Part shown: in pieces, positions 1 to 13,343 of the stretch
Numbering within the stretch: position 1 is the stretch's first letter
Layout of the letters: each line of letters begins with the position of its first letter
Assembly: GCA_951406725.2 (NCBI GenBank)
Contig: OX597817.1
Span: forward strand, 11,904,001-11,968,000
Reading direction: 5' to 3'
Origin: Octopus vulgaris
Taxonomy: Eukaryota
DNA: 64,000 bases
The notes under the pieces: model-generated
What the model saw: only the letters and a program-made list of their open reading frames with translations
Database searches by the model: none
What the model was told of the DNA's origin: nothing
Made by a program: the position numbers and the translations under genes

Positions 1-370
1 CATCACTACTCCTGTGGATTCGCAGGCCACGTACCTATTCTAACTCTGGGATTGCGCTGCCCCCGGGTCCTACAATTCCGATTGTAGTCTGTTTGTGGGT
101 CGATAGCGGAGTGCTTGAAATCTATCGGCAATGAACCGCATGTTATTTTCATCATCCCACTTATATATTGCATGCAGGTCCCTTTGCATCATCAGTGTAG
201 ATGGTGAGAGGGGCTGACTGTACAACTGACGTCATGTCTGAGAGCGCCACTACAAAATCTAGTGGTCCCTGTACAATTTCCTGAGGAATTCCGCTGCTGA
301 TTGATGTCCTCCCAGAGAGAGTACCGTTGGAACTGACTGACAGCTGTCCTTTAAAAAGCTTCAATGAATT
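1..370 (-). mobile_element. Decayed CR1-like LINE reverse transcriptase fragment
   Basis: ORF 161-376 reads SGIPQEIVQGPLDFVVALSDM...IYTDDAK, aligning with SGVPQGTVLGPLLFIMALSDM...SYADDTK of the LINE at 10275-11678; IYKWDDENNMRF and GPGGSAIPE continue in other frames. Confidence 0.85.
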
Positions 371-421
371 CATCAATATGGTAAAAGAATACTCTTCTTT
401 ATGTTCTCATATTTTGAATAT

Positions 422-825
422 ATCTTTTATCTTTTATCTTTTAATTGTTTCAGTTACTAGATTGCGGCCATGCTGGGGCACCATCTTGAGGAATTTTCAG
501 TCGACTGTATTGACCAGTACTTTTTTTAAAGCCCAGTATTTAGTCAATCGATCTCATTTTCCGAACCGCTAAGTTACGGGGGACATAAACACACCAACAC
601 CGTTTGTCAGGCGGCGGTGGGGATCAAACATAGATACAAAGGCTTACACACATAGATATATACATATATACATTCGACGGACTTCTTTTGGTTACCGTCA
701 ACCAAATCCTCTCACAAGGCTTTGGTCGATCCGAGTCTAGAGTAGAAGACACTTTCCCAAGGTGCCACGCAGTGGGACTGAACCCGGAACGATGTGTTTG
801 GGAAGCAAGCTTCTTACTACACATC
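422..825 (-). mobile_element. tRNA-derived SINE family A (CORE-like CCTTGGGCAAGT motif), diverged copy
   Basis: Colinear with copies at 29467, 30969 and 36983; tRNA-like head with B-box-like GGTTCAGTCCC, internal microsatellite, AAAAGAT-type tail. Confidence 0.85.
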
Positions 826-1032
826 AACACTGGTGCAATCGCTGAAATTATCTTACTGAATCAAAGGTACCCTTTTCGTCGATTTGAGATTTAAAACATT
901 TGACATAACTCAGCGCGGAGCGGAAAGTTAATATCAATTGAAAAAAATGTTATATGTGCTTACATGAAATCATTGGCCCAAAATCTAATTAGAGAGTAAA
1001 ATGTCGATAGTTTTAAATGTACTATGAATGTT

Positions 1033-1473
1033 CCTTTATCTTTTATCGCTTACTTGTTTCGTCATTGGACTGCGACCATACTGGAGCATCGCTTCGAAAG
1101 GTTTTAGTCGAACAAATTGACCCCAGTACTTATGCTTACTTTTAAAACCTGGTATTAATCGGTCAGTCTCTTTTGCCGAACAGCTAACTTAGGAAAACGT
1201 AAACAAACTAGCACTGGTTGTCTGTCGGTGTGGCGGTGGCAAACAAAGGTACAAATGCACACGCATACACACACACACACATAAGCGCAAACACACAGAC
1301 GTTTGTGTATGCGTGTGTGTATACGACTAGTTTGTATTCAATTTCCGCCAACCATATTGCAAAGCAACGGGCTATAGCAGAAGACATTTGCCCAAGGTGT
1401 TGCACAGTGAGATTGAACAATTAACTATGTGATTGCAGAGCAAGCTCCTTACCCACACAGCCATGCCTGCGCC
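1033..1473 (-). mobile_element. SINE family A, diverged copy
   Basis: Colinear with family A; head end CAGCCATGCCTGCGCC on + strand. Confidence 0.8.
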
Positions 1474-1497
1474 TGTATATTCACATTTTATAATATA

Positions 1498-2010
1498 CTA
1501 GCAGTATCGCCCGGCGTTGCTCGGGTTTGTAAGGGAAATAACTATATAAGCATTTTTAGAGAGTTACTTCCCTTATAGATGCCAATTCGGGCTTTCTTAG
1601 CCATTTCTGTTTTGGTGTCTTCAAGCCATGAAGTCATTGTTCTAAAAGAACGCTGGTCTCCTTGACAACGCTTTACGACGTTGATTTCCTTACACTCCCT
1701 TCCCCACAGCTTCACGAGGGAGGGAAGAAGGGGGAGAAGCAAACAGGTGCAGGTGTGACCATGGACGCCAACTCCGCCGCCATCGACACACGAAAAATTA
1801 TGCATTAAAATGGAATAAAAAATGATGTTAAATTATTTTTAAAATCGTAGACTCATCGTAGACGCGCGCTAATACTCAGACGGGCTCGATATGAATCACG
1901 ACTATAAGATACCCGAATTTGGTTAAACTGCACCGCAAAATGTGGGAGTAGTTAGGAATCTAAATCGAAGGGGACAGACACTCACACAACTACAGTTTTA
2001 TATATATAGA
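1498..2010 (-). mobile_element. Non-autonomous Helitron
   Basis: On minus strand starts TC, ends CCCGAGCAACGCCGGG hairpin then CTAG, inserted between A and T without TSD; near-identical copy at 25706-26217. Confidence 0.85.
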
Positions 2011-2406
2011 TTTGTTTGAAGTATAAATTTGTAGTTCAAATACCTTTCGTCGCAATTATTTTCATGGGAGTTATTCGAAACCCTAATATGGCCGTGAACT
2101 GAAATCCTTGTCGCATGACTATTTCGTATTTATTTCATGTAAGTAGAGGACCCAATCAATCGCCAGTTGTGAATATATATATAGTGCAAGCTCGACATCA
2201 ATATTCTTGAATACGTTTTCTTGGATAAAATATATAGTCAATCAATTAGTCCAAGTTTAATTTTAATGAAGTAGCCAAATGGTATGAAGGTAGTTGGTTA
2301 GACGATTAGATCTAATCGACTGAACCACTGTCCGAAACCTACCAAGTACAAGACCATTCTCATCATTAATAAAGTTTATTGAATAATATACAGTAGTAAT
2401 GTCATG

Positions 2407-2798
2407 TGGAGGCGCAATGGCCCAGTGGTTAGAGCAGCGGACTCGCGGACGTAGGATCGCGGTTTCGATTCCCAGACCGGGCGTTGTGAGTGTTTATTGA
2501 GCGAAAACACCTAAAAGCTCCATGAGGCTCCGGCAGGGGATGGTGGTAATCCCTGCTGTACTCTTTCACCACAACTTTCTCTCACTCTTACTTCCTGTTT
2601 CTGTTGTACCTGTATTTCAAAAGGGCCGGCCTTGTCACTCTCTGTGTCACGCTGAATATCCCCGAGAACTATGTTAAGGGTACGCGTGTCTGTGGAGTGC
2701 TCAGCCACTTACACGTTAATTTCACGAGCAGGCTGTTCCGTTGATCGGATCAACTGGAACCCTCGTCGTCGTAACCGACGGAGTGCTTCCATCCATCC
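2407..2798 (+). mobile_element. tRNA-derived SINE family B, full length with TSD
   Basis: A-box TGGCCCAGTGG and B-box-like GGTTTCGATTCC; TSD AGTAATGTCATG at 2395-2406 and 2799-2810; homologous copies at 38970 and 61493. Confidence 0.9.
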
Positions 2799-3314
2799 AG
2801 TAATGTCATGAGTTAAATACATAGGCTATACATTTTCCTTGCCAACTAGTATTCCCTATGAAGGAACCATTATTACTACAAGATTTTCCTTGCCTTACCT
2901 AATTTTTTTTACAGACAATTGTTTTTACATTTCGATAAGTTTTAATTCATCATTCTCTCATATCACTTCCAGTTCAAAATTGAAATATTTTCCTTAACAA
3001 AACTAATTTCTTCTTAGCAAAGTATATAGTATTTTATCAACCTTGGGTAAAGCAATATTAGCCAACACATACCAACACATGGTTGCTTTCTAGCGTAACT
3101 AACTCTATGTGTTGACAAAGGTCAAAATCTGGAACTGAACAGCAAAATTATCAACTAACTAAATGAACAGTATATATCTTCGATATAATTATTTAAAGAA
3201 AAACATAAATTGTTGGTATATTTCTTATTAAAATCGCACCTTTCAAACCTGTTACATTTCCAAGTGTTCTTGACACTAGTAATCGCACATTTCCCTTATT
3301 CATAAGATATTTTT

Positions 3315-3372
3315 CGTGAATTTGTCTTTCATAAGACGTATAAAACGTCTTCTGAAAGACGAAACTAGTCAG
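3315..3372 (+). ncRNA. Degenerate hammerhead-ribozyme-like motif
   Basis: Long stem GTCTTTCA-t-AAGACGT/ACGTCTT-c-TGAAAGAC immediately followed by GAAA-CTAG-TC; 5' CUGANGA strand decayed. Confidence 0.45.
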
Positions 3373-3440
3373 ATCGTTTCTCACTATTAACTCCTGAAAT
3401 TGAACACACACACACATACAAACACCCACACACACGTGCA

Positions 3441-3824
<384 letters not shown>

Positions 3825-3826
3825 AT

Positions 3827-4588
<762 letters not shown>

Positions 4589-4700
4589 GTTTTACAGGTA
4601 TATCATTCGACTAAACGCAATGGTCAGTGCCAGAGCCATTCCTATCAGAAGATTAAAGCCAGAACTGGAACGAAATTGATGAATTTTAAATAATAGATTA

Positions 4701-5980
4701 TTAGGTTGTCAAGAGAGTTCTTGCAGTATTTAATCTTTAAATTCAGATGCACATATCTCGGCTCAAACAAAACTTTATTAATAGAAGTAAACACCATCAG
4801 AATCAACACACTTTTGCCAACGTGATACAAGTTTATTTATGCCAGTACCGTAAAAATCCTCCATTCTGGTAAGGATGAAGTCGTTGAAGGCGTGTTTGGC
4901 ATCGTCCTGGTTTTTGAAGCATTTCTCACGAAGGAAGTTGTCGAGATGCTTGAAAAAAGTGATAGTCGGTAGGCAAGAGGTCTGATAAGTAAGTTGGATG
5001 AGACAGGGTTTCTAGGCCCAATTTGTTCAACTTCTGCAGGGTCAGTTGTGCAACTGCAGCTAAGCATTGTCATAGAGAAGAATTGGTCCTTTTCTATTGA
5101 CAAATGTTGGCTGTTGTTGTCGGAGTTTCTTATGCATTTCATCCATTTGCTGACAGACTTCTCCGTCTTAATGGTTCCGCCTGGATCCCAAAAGCTATGA
5201 TGGGTAAGACCGGCAGCAGACCACCAAACAATCATCATGATCTTCTTTTGGTGCAACTTTGGCTTCGGGAAGTGCAGTGGAGCTTTGTCGGCGTCCAACC
5301 ATTGAGCTGAGCGTCACCGGTTGTCGTAAGGAATCCACTTTTCATCGCAAGTCATAATACAGTCGAGAAACGGATCGTTCTTGTTGCCTAAAAGAAGGGA
5401 AGACGGCACTTCAAAACGGCGTTTTGGGGGGCGGGGTTTGTTGTTTTTCAATTCGTTCGACACCCATTTCTCAATTATTTTTGCTTTTCCAATCTGTTTC
5501 AAGTGGTTGCAAATTGTCGTATACGTTAAGTCTAATTCAGAAGCCAGCCCTCGAACAGTTGAGCGTGGATTGGCTTCCACTAAGGCTCTTAGTTGATCGT
5601 TGTCAACATCCAATGGCCGACCACTTCACTTGTCATGTTCAAGACTCTCGTCAACTTTACGAAATTTATTGAACCACCGTTGTGCTGTACATTAATTAGT
5701 GGTTCCTGGGCTAAACGCATCGTTGATATCACGAGCTGCTTAAGTAGCTTTTCGGCCTAGTTTGAACTGGAATAATTTGCTTTTTGTCCTTGTTGTTTTC
5801 AACATTCCGGAAAAAGTGGTCTAATTATTCAAAAAGAAAAAGAGCAATACGATTAGATAGAGCAAAATACGGGCTTTACAATGATATATAGAGTCAAAGT
5901 AATTTAACGAAAATTAATTTGAAAATACATCATTTAAAACCAAAATTAAAAATTCCGCGAGAAGTTTTTTGACAGCCTAA
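4701..5980 (-). mobile_element. Full-length decayed mariner transposon
   Basis: TIRs TTAGGTTGTCAA / TTGACAGCCTAA with TA on both sides, 1280 bp; peptides DNDQLRALVEANPRST, TCDEKWIPYDNR, KPKLHQKKIMMIVWWS. Confidence 0.9.
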
Positions 5981-6010
5981 TAAAAAAATTATAAAAAATA
6001 AAGCAAATAT

Positions 6011-6060
<50 letters not shown>

Positions 6061-6066
<6 letters not shown>

Positions 6067-6198
6067 ACAAGATAAGGGCAGAAGAAAAATTCTAATGCCA
6101 GATACGCCGAAAACAAAAAATTGTCGATAACCATTAAATTTTTTGTTTTCGGCGTATCTGGCATTAGAATTTTTCTTCTGCCCTTATCTTGTAAATTA
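6061..6198. repeat. Perfect inverted repeat, 62-bp arms, 14-nt loop
   Basis: 6061-6122 is the reverse complement of 6137-6198; abuts (TA)n. Confidence 0.9.
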
Positions 6199-6307
6199 TG
6201 TATAAATTTTACCTTTAAAGGCATTTTTTGATATGCTGGCCATTGATAAAAAAATTTTCCCGAAAAAAAATGTTATCCTATATCAATTATATATATATAT
6301 ATATTCT

Positions 6308-6586
6308 TTATTTGTGAATTAAGGCAATGATTTGTTTTGATCCTTCGTTCATTTTCAGTGCTCAACTAATGTTTCTTTACGTCGGAAGCTTTGATACGTA
6401 AATGTAGAACGTTGGAATGAGTGCTCAACACCGTATTGGGGGAATAGATAATTTCTTTATTTGTGGCTTAAGGCCTTAAAGAAATTATTTATCTACCAAT
6501 GCGGTGTTGAGCACTCGTTCCAACGTTCTACAATTAAGTATCAAAGCTTCGAACCTAAACAAACGATGGCCTTAACTCACAAATAA
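6308..6586. repeat. Imperfect long palindrome
   Basis: GAAGCTTTGATAC...GTGCTCAACACCGTATTGG (~6385-6440) mirrors CCAATGCGGTGTTGAGCAC...GTATCAAAGCTTC (~6496-6550); outer TTATTTGTGA/TCACAAATAA. Confidence 0.85.
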
Positions 6587-6618
6587 CGACATTTTTTATC
6601 CACCGTTGAGCATATATA

Positions 6619-7562
6619 CGAGGGGGTACCCAATAGTAACTGAAAACTTCTCTGTTGGGCAAGCCAGTTGTAGTTTAGACTTTCGCCTCTTGAGACTACC
6701 TGATGCGACCCTCAGACATCTGTCTGCCGACCGGCGTCGTCTTGTCAATTCGTTCTGCCACGTAGTGCGTCTTTGTTTTCTAGTACTTCTCTCTTGTTCG
6801 TCGATTTTCGCGATGGCTGAAACGAAGGAGCAGCGTGCTTTCGTGAAATTCTGTTTTCTGTTGGAGAAAACGGCAGCCGAAACAGTTGTCATGCTTCAAA
6901 GAAATCACAAGGGAACTGCCATGAGCAAAATACAAGTTCACGAGTGGTTTTTTACTCTTTCGGAACGGTCACTTATCGCTTGAAAACCATCGAACTCCCA
7001 AAAAATGAAAACATCAAAAAAATTTATGAATTGATTTTGGAGGACCATCGCCGATCAATTGAAGAACTTATCGATATGACTGATGTATCCTGGAGCGCCT
7101 GCAAATGAATTTTGAGCGAGGGAGTGCAAATGAAAAGTGTTGCAGCAAAATTTGTGCCTCGCCTCCTCACGGAAGATAAAAGTAGCCACGACTGAATGCG
7201 CGTCGTGAACTGAAAGAAAAGTTGGAAGTTGATCCGGACCCTTTTCTGAAGGTATCATTGGTGACGAAAGCTGCTGCTATAGCAACGACCCGGAAACGAA
7301 TCAGCATTCAATGTCATCACACCCCAAAAAAGCGCCTCAATTGAAATCCAGTGCCAAGACGATACTGATTGATTTCCTCGATGCGAAAAGAATTGCGACA
7401 TTTTTTTTTGTCCCCTCGAATGTAAAATGTCCTTTAAGGAAAACGTTTTGCAGATGTGGAAGAGGTGAAGAAAAGGCCGACGAGAGAGCGTTAAAAGGTA
7501 TCACTTCGCAAATGTTTTGGGACCGCTTCCAACAGTGGAAAACACGTCTGGACCGGTGCAGT
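6619..7562 (+). mobile_element. Decayed mariner transposon, internally deleted and 3' truncated
   Basis: TA|CGAGGGGGTACCCA start; MAETKEQRAFVKFCFLLEKTAAETVVMLQ, AAKFVPRLLT, GDES, FQQWKTRLDRC. Confidence 0.85.
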
Positions 7563-7582
7563 ATAAATATATAAATGTAAGT

Positions 7583-7629
<47 letters not shown>

Positions 7630-7974
7630 ATTTTTGTATTCTTATTCGTTCCCGTCCTTGTTTTGTATACATTCGAGGCTTTCTTCCAAGGAATCTAATG
7701 CGCTTGGCTTAGATTTTCCTTTGGGGCTGGCCAGGTCGGAGCAATCTCAAGATTAATCAGCCGAAATTGCGAGGATGATCCAGTTCTTGACTGAAGATTG
7801 AAGGCTTCGAATGTCCCGTCCGTGTTTTTTGTATCGTCTTCTAAATGTTTTGCGTTCTTGTCCCAGTTTGTGTTTTTTTACATATACATATATATATATA
7901 ATCAAAGATAAAATCTATATCAGAATTTATCAAGTACCCAGCATGTAATAAACCCATATAGGTAAAAATTAATA

Positions 7975-8412
7975 CAAAATATATAATTATATAAATATAA
8001 TTATAGTAGGGACACTACTGAGTAGTGCCGTATAGTAGAAATAGACTCCAAATGGGTCTAAGGACTACATTATCATATTGGCACGGGCTGAAAGTGAGGG
8101 AAATGAACAACGAAGATTTTTTTAGGAGAGTCTAACCATAAATCGATTTCTAGTTAATGAATGTAACACCTTTTACCGTCTTCAGTATGGTGTAACTCAA
8201 AATACATAATTATAAATATTTATATACGCCTATACGAACACAACTTATCCACAAGTGGATATACAAATGTTCACACTTATATACAAGCTATATCTAATTC
8301 GTTCATCTATGATAAATAATGTAGGCCTAAGAGCCATTTGGCGTTTATTTCTAGCATGTGGCGCTACTCAGTAGTGCCCTTACTATAATTATATTTATAT
8401 AATTATATATTT

Positions 8413-8414
<2 letters not shown>
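7975..8414. mobile_element. Element with ~100-bp inverted arms enclosing a hammerhead motif; probable Penelope-like terminal structure
   Basis: 7975-8074 is an imperfect reverse complement of 8311-8414; microsatellites nearby on both sides. Confidence 0.6.
8136..8190 (-). ncRNA. Minimal type-I hammerhead ribozyme motif, both core strands intact
   Basis: Minus strand CCATA-CTGAAGA-[cggtaa...ttaacta]-GAAA-TCGA-TT-TATGG: 5-bp stem I, palindromic stem III; base of stem II mismatched. Confidence 0.7.
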
Positions 8415-8469
<55 letters not shown>

Positions 8470-8550
8470 ACACATATATACATATACCTGTATATATGTG
8501 TGTAGGTGCTGGTGTGCATGCATGTGTGCGTGTGTGTGTGTGTGTGTGTA

Positions 8551-9451
8551 CGTGGTGATGTCAAAACGTCACCGGACTAGTTCTGTAGCGCGCCAACAGA
8601 TGGCAGCATACAATTGCGTGCGCAGTGAGAGCTAGCAGTGACCTTCATGAGGCAGTGTGCCGGGTGACATCGCTATGTTTATTTCGCAACTTGTGAAATT
8701 CATGTTTTTTGTGGTCGCACTGTAGTCTGCAATTTTGACAAAGACAGGAATTTTGAACAAAGAGCCAAAGGGAAATTTTGCTTTAAACTTGAGACGTCTG
8801 CTACAAAGACATTGAGCGTTTCTTTAGTAAGCTTACGGCAACGAGGTAATGGGTCGTACGCAATGTTTCGAGTGGCACGGGCGTTTCAAAAGCAGAAGAA
8901 CGTCCCTGGATAACGATGAGCGATCTGGAAGACCTGCCACGAGCGCCACCCTCGGAAGTGTGGATAAAATGCATCAGCTCGTGTATGAGAATTGTCGGAG
9001 GATAATCTACGAAGTTTTGCAGTGTTTGAGGGAAAATATTTGGCGAAAGCGACCAGACCTGAGGAGCGCAAAGGAAGGGATTCTTCACGACGACAATCCA
9101 CCTTATCACTGAGCTCTCCTCAATCGTTAGTGCCTCTCCAAAAACAACATTGTATCATTTCCACTCCCACCCTATTCGCCAGGTATAGCACTATGGACTT
9201 CCAGCTCTTTCCTGAGACGAAAATGTGGCTCAAAGGTCGCCGTTTTAACACCGTTGTCGTGATGCTGAGCGAATCGCAGGTCTTCGACTCCCTTACGGTG
9301 AAGGACTTCCAGGCGGGATTCTAAAGGTAGAAGGAACGCTGAGACTGGTGTATTGTTGCACAAGGTGACTATTTCGAAGGACAGGATGCTAAAACCTAGT
9401 TAAGTTTGTTATTTTTATTAATCATAACTAGTTCGGGAACTTTTTGATATG
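8551..9451 (+). mobile_element. Decayed, internally deleted mariner
   Basis: Imperfect TIRs (TCAAAACGTCACCGGACTAGTT / AACTAGTTCGGGAACTTTTTGA); MGRTQCFEWHGRFKSRRTSLDNDERSGRP, ILHDDNPPYH, LKGRRFNTV. Confidence 0.85.
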
Positions 9452-9519
9452 TAAATTTATGCATATAGATATGTGTATTTGTATGTATGTATGTATGTAT
9501 GTATGTATGCATACATGTA

Positions 9520-9652
<133 letters not shown>

Positions 9653-9924
9653 AAACCACACACCACTACACCTTACACCACCATACCACACAACACATCA
9701 CAACACACCACCACACACACATCAGCACTGACCACTTTCCAGACCCACATTTTCCCACCTACACATACACACACGCACACGTCAAGATCGCCAGCCCTCT
9801 TCTACACGCACATACAAGCTCTCTTATACACACGCACGCGCACCTTCTATTTGGGATCACCGCTACTTTATTATCTCCCTTTCTCCCTAGCTCTCCTATG
9901 TGGCCCTTCTGTCCGGCATTCGCC

Positions 9925-10112
9925 ATGATAGATTGCTAGCCACTACACATTCTTTATTTTCTCTCCTTGTTTTTTCTGCGTTCCTTTCTGTGGAAGAGCG
10001 TAGGCTCGAAACGTTAAAGACTTTCACTTCCCGAACGTTATACTAATACATCTGTTTCTTGTCTACACCACCTGTCTTCATCTTTTGTTTTTATAGTGAA
10101 TTCTCCCTATAT
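9925..10112 (+). mobile_element. Short repeat with hammerhead-like motif (9984-10019); probable Penelope-like terminus
   Basis: CTTT-CTGTGGA-A-GAGC-gtag-GCTC-GAAA-CG-TT-AAAG; second copy inverted at 20262-20437; both end at (TA)n. Confidence 0.65.
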
Positions 10113-10125
10113 TCATATATATTTA

Positions 10126-10181
<56 letters not shown>

Positions 10182-10185
<4 letters not shown>

Positions 10186-11678
10186 TGATTGATTGATTGA
10201 TTGATTCTAGTTTCAGCTTATGAGCTGTGGCCATGCTGGGGCACCGCCATTTGGTGTTGCTACTTGGTTTCACTTCATGGAGGCTTTCTAGCAACTGCTA
10301 TTTGGTGCATGAGAGAGTTCGATGCAGCTGCCCTCATCTGCCCCTCCTGCCGTGAAGTTGGTTCATCTGGGACACCTGACAGGAAGAGATCCAGCTTCAT
10401 TTTAAAGACATCTGTATCCACCCCATGCAGGTCTCTCAGGTTCTTCGGGAGGATATTGAAGAGCTGTGGGCCTCGGAAGCCCAGGCTATCACAGAATCTT
10501 GTCCTACATCTTGATGGCAGGTTTGGAGTCCTAGGCACCACGCAGCGGCGCCCAGTTCTGGCATTTGCGTAACTCTCGATGCCAAAGTTCAGGACACTTC
10601 CCTCCAGGATCTTCCAGATGTATATTATGGCATATCTTTCCCGCCTACGCTCCAGGGAATATAATTTTAATCTCTTGAGTCTTTCCCAGTAGCTTACATT
10701 CTGCATAGAGGCTATCTTCTTTGTGTAGCTTCGTTGGATCGCCTCAAGTTCTGTGATCAACTTGACACTGGATGGTGACCATAGCTGAGAGCAATAGTCA
10801 AAGTGGCTTAGGACAAGTGTCTTCCAGAGGACCATCATGTTTTCTTGTTCTCTTGTTCTAAAGGTTCTAAGAATCCAGCCAGCCAGCCGTCTACATTTCA
10901 TTGTCAGTTTAGCAACATGTACATGAAAGGTCGCGTCATCACTCATGTGAATACCAAGGTCACGCACTGATTGTGCCTCTGGGATTGCAATCCCTCCGGG
11001 TCCAGTGTATTCATTGGGTATTGCATTCAGTTTTGCATGCTGATAGTATAAAGCTTGAAACTTTCCAGCATTGAACTGCATGCTATTCTTTTCAGCCCAC
11101 TTGTATATTTCGTCCAGCTCACATTGCAGGTGTTTAGTGTCCTCAGGGTTCTGTATTGCCTGTGAGACTTTTGTATCATCTGCATAACTTGTGATCGTGG
11201 CTCTCTGCGTGGCTGAGGGCATGTCTGAGAGGGCCATTATGAACAGTAGTGGTCCCAGAACAGTGCCCTGCGGAACACCGCTCACTATTTGTGTGTTAAT
11301 GGAGGTGGCCCCATTGGCTACTACCACCTGACTTCTATCCTTCAGAAAGTCATGAAGCCATTCTCCCAGTTTTCCAACTATGTTGAGATCACGCAGTTTG
11401 TGACATATCATTCCATGATCGACTTTATCAAAGGCCTTTGCAAAGTCGAGATATATCACTTCCACATTTGAGTGGTTGAGCAGCCGTTTTAGCACCCAGT
11501 CATAGTGTTGTAGGAGCTGAGTTAAACAGCTTCTCCCTGGTCGGAAACCATGTTGGGTGTCGGGCAGCAAGTCATTCTCTTCAAGGAAGGTGATCAGCTT
11601 CCTTCTGACTATTCGTTCCATGACCTTGCTGATGTGTGAGGTCAGAGAGATAGGTCTATAGTTCTTGGCTTCCGCCAT
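10182..11678 (-). mobile_element. 5'-truncated CR1-like LINE with uninterrupted RT/C-terminal ORF (10275-11678) and (AATC)n tail
   Basis: NYRPISLTS, QHGFRPGRSC, YLDFAKAFDKVDH, SGVPQGTVLGPLLF, YADD, LERRR; the ORF-track N-terminus MCLCVCIYTY is microsatellite; (TA)n on both sides. Confidence 0.95.
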
Positions 11679-11683
11679 ATATA

Positions 11684-11718
<35 letters not shown>

Positions 11719-11865
11719 ATACATACACACAAACACAAACACCTATGTGAGTGTGTATATATATAATTGTATATCTATAAGTATATCTGTCACTTTATGT
11801 ATACACATATTTTGATTGATACGTAGATAAATTGATTTATAGACAAAGAGACAGACACCCAAATA

Positions 11866-11988
<123 letters not shown>

Positions 11989-12146
11989 TGAAAATGGTAA
12001 ATGGTAACAGCTGCTACAATAGAGCACTGGAGACTTGCAATGTAGTATAGACTCAGAAATCTATCAGTTTGTATTGAAGTGTGACAAATGCATGGAAAAG
12101 ATGCGAAAATTGACAGCAAACAAAATTTGTAATATATATACAACGA

Positions 12147-12179
<33 letters not shown>

Positions 12180-12558
12180 TATATACATACATGTCTGTGT
12201 GTTTATGTGTGTATACATAGAAATATATGAATGTTTATATATACGTATATACATATTTATATACAATGAGAAAGAAAGATACACGGATTCAAACTTACAC
12301 ATATATATATATATATATATTATATGTATACACTTATCTATGTGTGTTTATGTATGTGTATATGCGTGTGCGGGTATGTTTTTGTTTGTGTGTAGGTACG
12401 TGAGAGTGTGTAAGGTGGAGTGGGTTTACAGTGATGGCTCTAAAATTAAGTAAAAATGTTCCTTCTCTTACGCAAATGTTGTATGATCGTTCTACCAGAC
12501 TTTCTCAAAGAACGTACCTCATCTTGTTTCTCCATCTTTTTTATATATAAATATACAT

Positions 12559-12601
<43 letters not shown>

Positions 12602-12642
12602 TATATATAAATGTATACACATATATATTCATATATATATAA

Positions 12643-12695
<53 letters not shown>

Positions 12696-13138
12696 TAAGA
12701 AAGTTGGTATATATATATATATACACATATATATATATATACATACATATATATATATATATTTTGTATATACATATATATATATTATGTATTTACATAT
12801 ATTGAGTTACATACACACATCAAGAGAGATGTGTACATATATTTGTATTATGTATGTATATGCGTGTGTACTGTCGTTCGTTTAGTAATACAAGTACATA
12901 AAATTACTGAAATCCACTCTGTGTTAGTAGTGCGAGGTTCTCTTGTATGTGTATGTGACAAACGGTAATATAAACCCATAACATGAAGGTTTCGTGTAAT
13001 CAAACAATATTAAAACAGTTTATTTCCTTCCATCTTTGCTTTACGTATCTGAATAACACTTTTAAAAAATCAAACACATTACATACATGGTTGTACAGCT
13101 GTACAGCGTATATACATAAAAATACATACATACATACA

Positions 13139-13214
<76 letters not shown>

Positions 13215-13260
13215 CGTTTAAATATGACCATTCCGGAATATAACAATATATATATATATG

Positions 13261-13343
<83 letters not shown>

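Noticed and set aside
2407-2485. tRNA gene
   Set aside because: tRNA-like head continues into a repeated SINE body bounded by a TSD
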